Source of the DNA: Auanema rhodensis
Lineage: Eukaryota > Animalia > Nematoda
Direction of reading: 5' to 3'
Assembly: GCA_964057225.1 (NCBI GenBank)
Contig: OZ059897.1
Span: forward strand, 11,408,001-11,472,000
DNA length: 64,000 bases
Made by a program: the position numbers and the translations under genes. Positions within the stretch are counted from its first letter, which is position 1. Each line of letters opens with the position of its first letter. The notes beneath the pieces were generated by a model, which was given only the letters and a program-made list of their open reading frames with translations, ran no database searches and was not told the DNA's origin. Positions 61,001-64,000 of the stretch are shown one piece after another.

Positions 61001-62259
61001 ATATCACAACTATTTCTTCCATTGACCAACTAAATTGTGAAGAAATACGGAAAGTTCAAGCTGGAGTTCCCTGGATTCGCGAAGCACTTTCTCAAATTAA
61101 TAATGATAACTGTCCGGCTAATATATCAGACCGGTATGAAGAACGAGAAGGCATATTACATGCAAAACAAGCGAAAAATTATTTAAAACCATCTATTATT
61201 TTGCCGCGAAACGACAAAATAACTGATGTTGTCATCAAATTTTTTCACGAAGATTCCAAAATTGGTGCACACCTAGGTATAAATAAAACTACTGATGCGA
61301 TTCGACGACGATTCTTTTGGACTAATATGGTTCCACAAATAACTGAATTTATTAATCGTTGTACAAAATGTGCAAGTAGGAAATCTAACCCACACCAATC
61401 GTATATTCAACCTATGGGAAGATTTGTTATACCCGAAAAGCCATTTGATCGTATTCATGTAGATATACTAGGTCCTTTACCTCGCACTAATGATGGACAT
61501 CGATACATCTTGAGTATTCAAGACGCTTTTAGTAAATGGGGAACAACTTGCCCATTAATAACACAAACGGCTACTGAAATCACAAAAGCGTTTGTAATTA
61601 GATTTGTTTTCATATATGGACCACCAATGAGTATGATAACCGTTAATGGTAGTAGCTTTTTGTCATCTGAATTTCAAGCTATGTGTAAACAATTTGGAAT
61701 TAAACACACTACTACGCTACCATATCATAAAAATGCTAATGGACAAGTTGAGAGACTTCATAGAACTTTGGAAGAAGCTCTCTCTTCATTCGTGAATGAA
61801 CAACAAACTAACTGGGATATACACCTACCCAAAGTTATGTTTGTGATCAATACGTTACCAAACTCATCAACATCTATTAGTCCATATGTTGTATTATTTG
61901 GTCGGGATGCAAGACTTCCTATTGACCATCAATTGCCTGGAAATAATCCTCAAACTGAAGAACCAGCCAATCCTACAGAAGATTTTGTCAATAGATCGCT
62001 AATACAAAATGAAAGCACATATAATATAGTAAAAGATAGAATTGAAACATGCAGCCACCCTGTCGGACTCGGACATCAGCGAGGACAACAAAGATCAGGA
62101 ACAAGGATCACCAGAGCCATACCTTTTGTATGTCACACAACAACAAAGAAGAATGAACAACAGTACAATACACGAAATAGAACACAAAAAAAAGAAATTC
62201 AGGTTAATGACTTAGTTATGAAAAGTGAATTCTACTCGAAACAAACTAACATTATTTAG
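55056..62259 (+). pseudogene. Gag-Env-PR-RT-IN polyprotein: frameshift at about 56640-56715, in-frame RNase H deletion at about 60933, altered IN C-terminus
   Basis: Collinear with 26734-34260: signal LCLTLLALSCLPFGSA, furin RRNKR, TM 58921-58995, LWDSGA, YLDD, HHCC. Confidence 0.93.
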
Positions 62260-62968
62260 TTACAGCAGTTCAAAGATCTTTCGTCGTGGTTCAAATAGAT
62301 AAAGGAAAAAGCAGAAGAGTACACAAGGACTTTGTCAAACCTTATCAACGGACAACATTTATTCCGGTTATCACGATTTCTTGCAGGTAGTTTTTTTTAA
62401 CTAAATCAAACTGTTGAAATTTTTTTTTATTTTGTGCCATTTCTGATTGTAACACTTCTTTGTTGTTGATTGATTTTCTCTGAGAAGTCTGCTATTGCTT
62501 TACAAGGTTTTGTTTTATTACTCCAATTTTCATTGAGTAGATTTTTTTCAATATTCTCTTGTGAATCTTGCTATTTGTTATGCTTAATCATTACTTGTAT
62601 TCACCTTATGGACATTAGTCATACGGGTCAAACGAGTTTTTATTTTTTTGTACAGAACGGGCTCGATCTATTCTCAGGGTAACACCGTACCTGTACAACT
62701 CAAGAAAATGAACGACTATATCACAGTCGAATGGTTTAGAAGCAAAGCTCTCGTTTGCAAGCATTTCACTACTCAAGTGAATGGAATAGAATCTACTCGA
62801 TACTACATTTCAAATTCAACAAACTTGAAGAGACAATAGCTAAACTTTCAAATCGTATTGTATACATTATTTTTTATCGACTACACCATGATTTTCTTTT
62901 TCCAACATCCAACTATCTTAAAAAGTGAATTAATTTATTTTGTTTTGAACGAGGACGTTCAACTTTTT

Positions 62969-62980
62969 AAGGTGGGGGGA
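62969..62980 (+). promoter_or_regulatory. Polypurine tract
   Basis: AAGGTGGGGGGA immediately before the 3' LTR. Confidence 0.85.
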
Positions 62981-63366
62981 TGTCACATCTGCTAGCACAT
63001 GGTAAACATGTGCGCGCTATTCAAATAGCGGGAGCCTGAACAAGCCCCGCCTACAACATGGGACACACATGGCACTCTTGCTTCTGGCCTAACCCAGATA
63101 GGTTGTCTTATAGTCATGTGAGTCTCATCTCTATATCATCTATATATATACTCTATTTAATACTTTATTAGATCTCTCTATATTCTTTCTTAATGTAATT
63201 CTTATATTGTATTTTCTTGTTATCTGATAATGAATTCTTTTCTCGTTAAGTATTTGTCTTAATAAGGAAATCGAAGCGTTCGGGTCTGCCTACCTAAGGA
63301 ACAAGGTAGAAGTACATATATCTTCCGACCATGAAAAGACGGGAAGAAACAATATGTAACGCAGTT

Positions 63367-63537
63367 ATGAATATTCCCTGTCACTGTGAATTATGTATAA
63401 GATACACGTTGGAACAATCTGTGCCAACACCCCTGTACAAAAAGATTTTGAAACGTATTTCAGTGCCATTCATTAAAGGAATATCTCTGGGACTAGGCTT
63501 TTGTACAACACTAGTCATTATTCCACTCATTATATAA
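63367..63537 (+). CDS. 56-aa CxCxxC / TM protein, copy C
   Basis: ATG 5 nt after the LTR; intact. Confidence 0.62.
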   Translation: MNIPCHCELCIRYTLEQSVPTPLYKKILKRISVPFIKGISLGLGFCTTLVIIPLII

Positions 63538-63773
63538 AAGTGAGTTGACTGTGTGTGGTTGTTTTTTATTTTCCTCTAATGGAACTTTTATGTAACAAGT
63601 ATTGTATTGTATTACGTGCCAGAAAATATTTTCATCAGCCAAGCATTTTAGTGATCATGTATTGAAAAGACATGACGGGATTCAACCCGTATGTAACAGT
63701 TATATCAGCAATGCTGACTTTATTCAAAAATATGGACATTTGGATGGTGTTCGTAGACGTTTGTGCCCTTATT

Positions 63774-64000
63774 AGTAGAGAGCCGTGCAAAATTTACTAA
63801 CCACGCCCCCAAACAGCTGTCAAAAACATACTTTTGGGGGCGTCAGCTGCTAAAAACATACTTTTGGGGCGCGTCAGCTGTCAAAAACATATTTTTGAGC
63901 GTCAGCTGTTAAAATCATATTTTGGGATCATGGTTCATGGATTTTCCTTTTTTAAACTTAAAAATCATGATTTAAAGCATGATTAAAATTTTTTTTTTAA
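63774..64000 (+). mobile_element. Left end (TIR type II) of another Maverick inserted in the ZnF gene
   Basis: Starts AGTAGAGAGCCGTGC; the ZnF sequence stops abruptly at ...TGCCCTTATT. Confidence 0.92.

Larger units (their letters stand above)
53522..63361 (+). mobile_element. Full-length Ty3/gypsy family 2 element with internal env (defective)
   Basis: 381-bp LTRs at 53522-53902 and 62981-63361 (one difference seen); 4-bp TSD CAGT confirmed against the empty sites in copies A and B; PBS; PPT. Confidence 0.97.
46070..63773 (+). mobile_element. Maverick copy C (subterminal region to ZnF), interrupted by gypsy family 2 at 53522-63361
   Basis: Same gene order as copy B; genes closest to copy A. 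Confidence 0.88.

Noticed and set aside
44811-63773. CTTATT after the Maverick end at 44810 and before the end at 63774 as a shared TSD
   Set aside because: The ends face away from each other, are different TIR types, and the flanks belong to different genes (Tc1 3' end vs ZnF); likely coincidence.
1-64000. Host genes, tRNA or rRNA genes
   Set aside because: None recognisable; remaining short ORFs are antisense shadows or AT-rich noise.

Overview
Eukaryotic DNA, most likely from a nematode (42-47 nt introns, TTTCAG-type acceptors). The window is almost entirely a nest of mobile elements. The scaffold is several fragmented, mutually nested Maverick/Polinton (adintovirus-like) copies of at least two subfamilies. 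They carry an intron-rich protein-primed PolB, major and minor capsid proteins, an adenain protease, a packaging ATPase, a chromo-integrase, small accessory genes, a spliced cargo gene and long TIRs ending AGTAGAGAG. Inserted into them are three distinct Tc1 (DD34E) elements and two divergent Ty3/gypsy families. Both gypsy families have an unusual single-ORF order: gag - internal signal peptide - herpesvirus-gB-like (class III) envelope - TM - protease - RT - (RNase H) - integrase. One family carries, copied into its own integrase gene, what looks like the exon-exon junction of a spliced RNA that skips gag and env and joins the leader to pol. Its LTRs end in non-canonical TG...CG. All homology calls come from motif reading by eye; no database searches were run.
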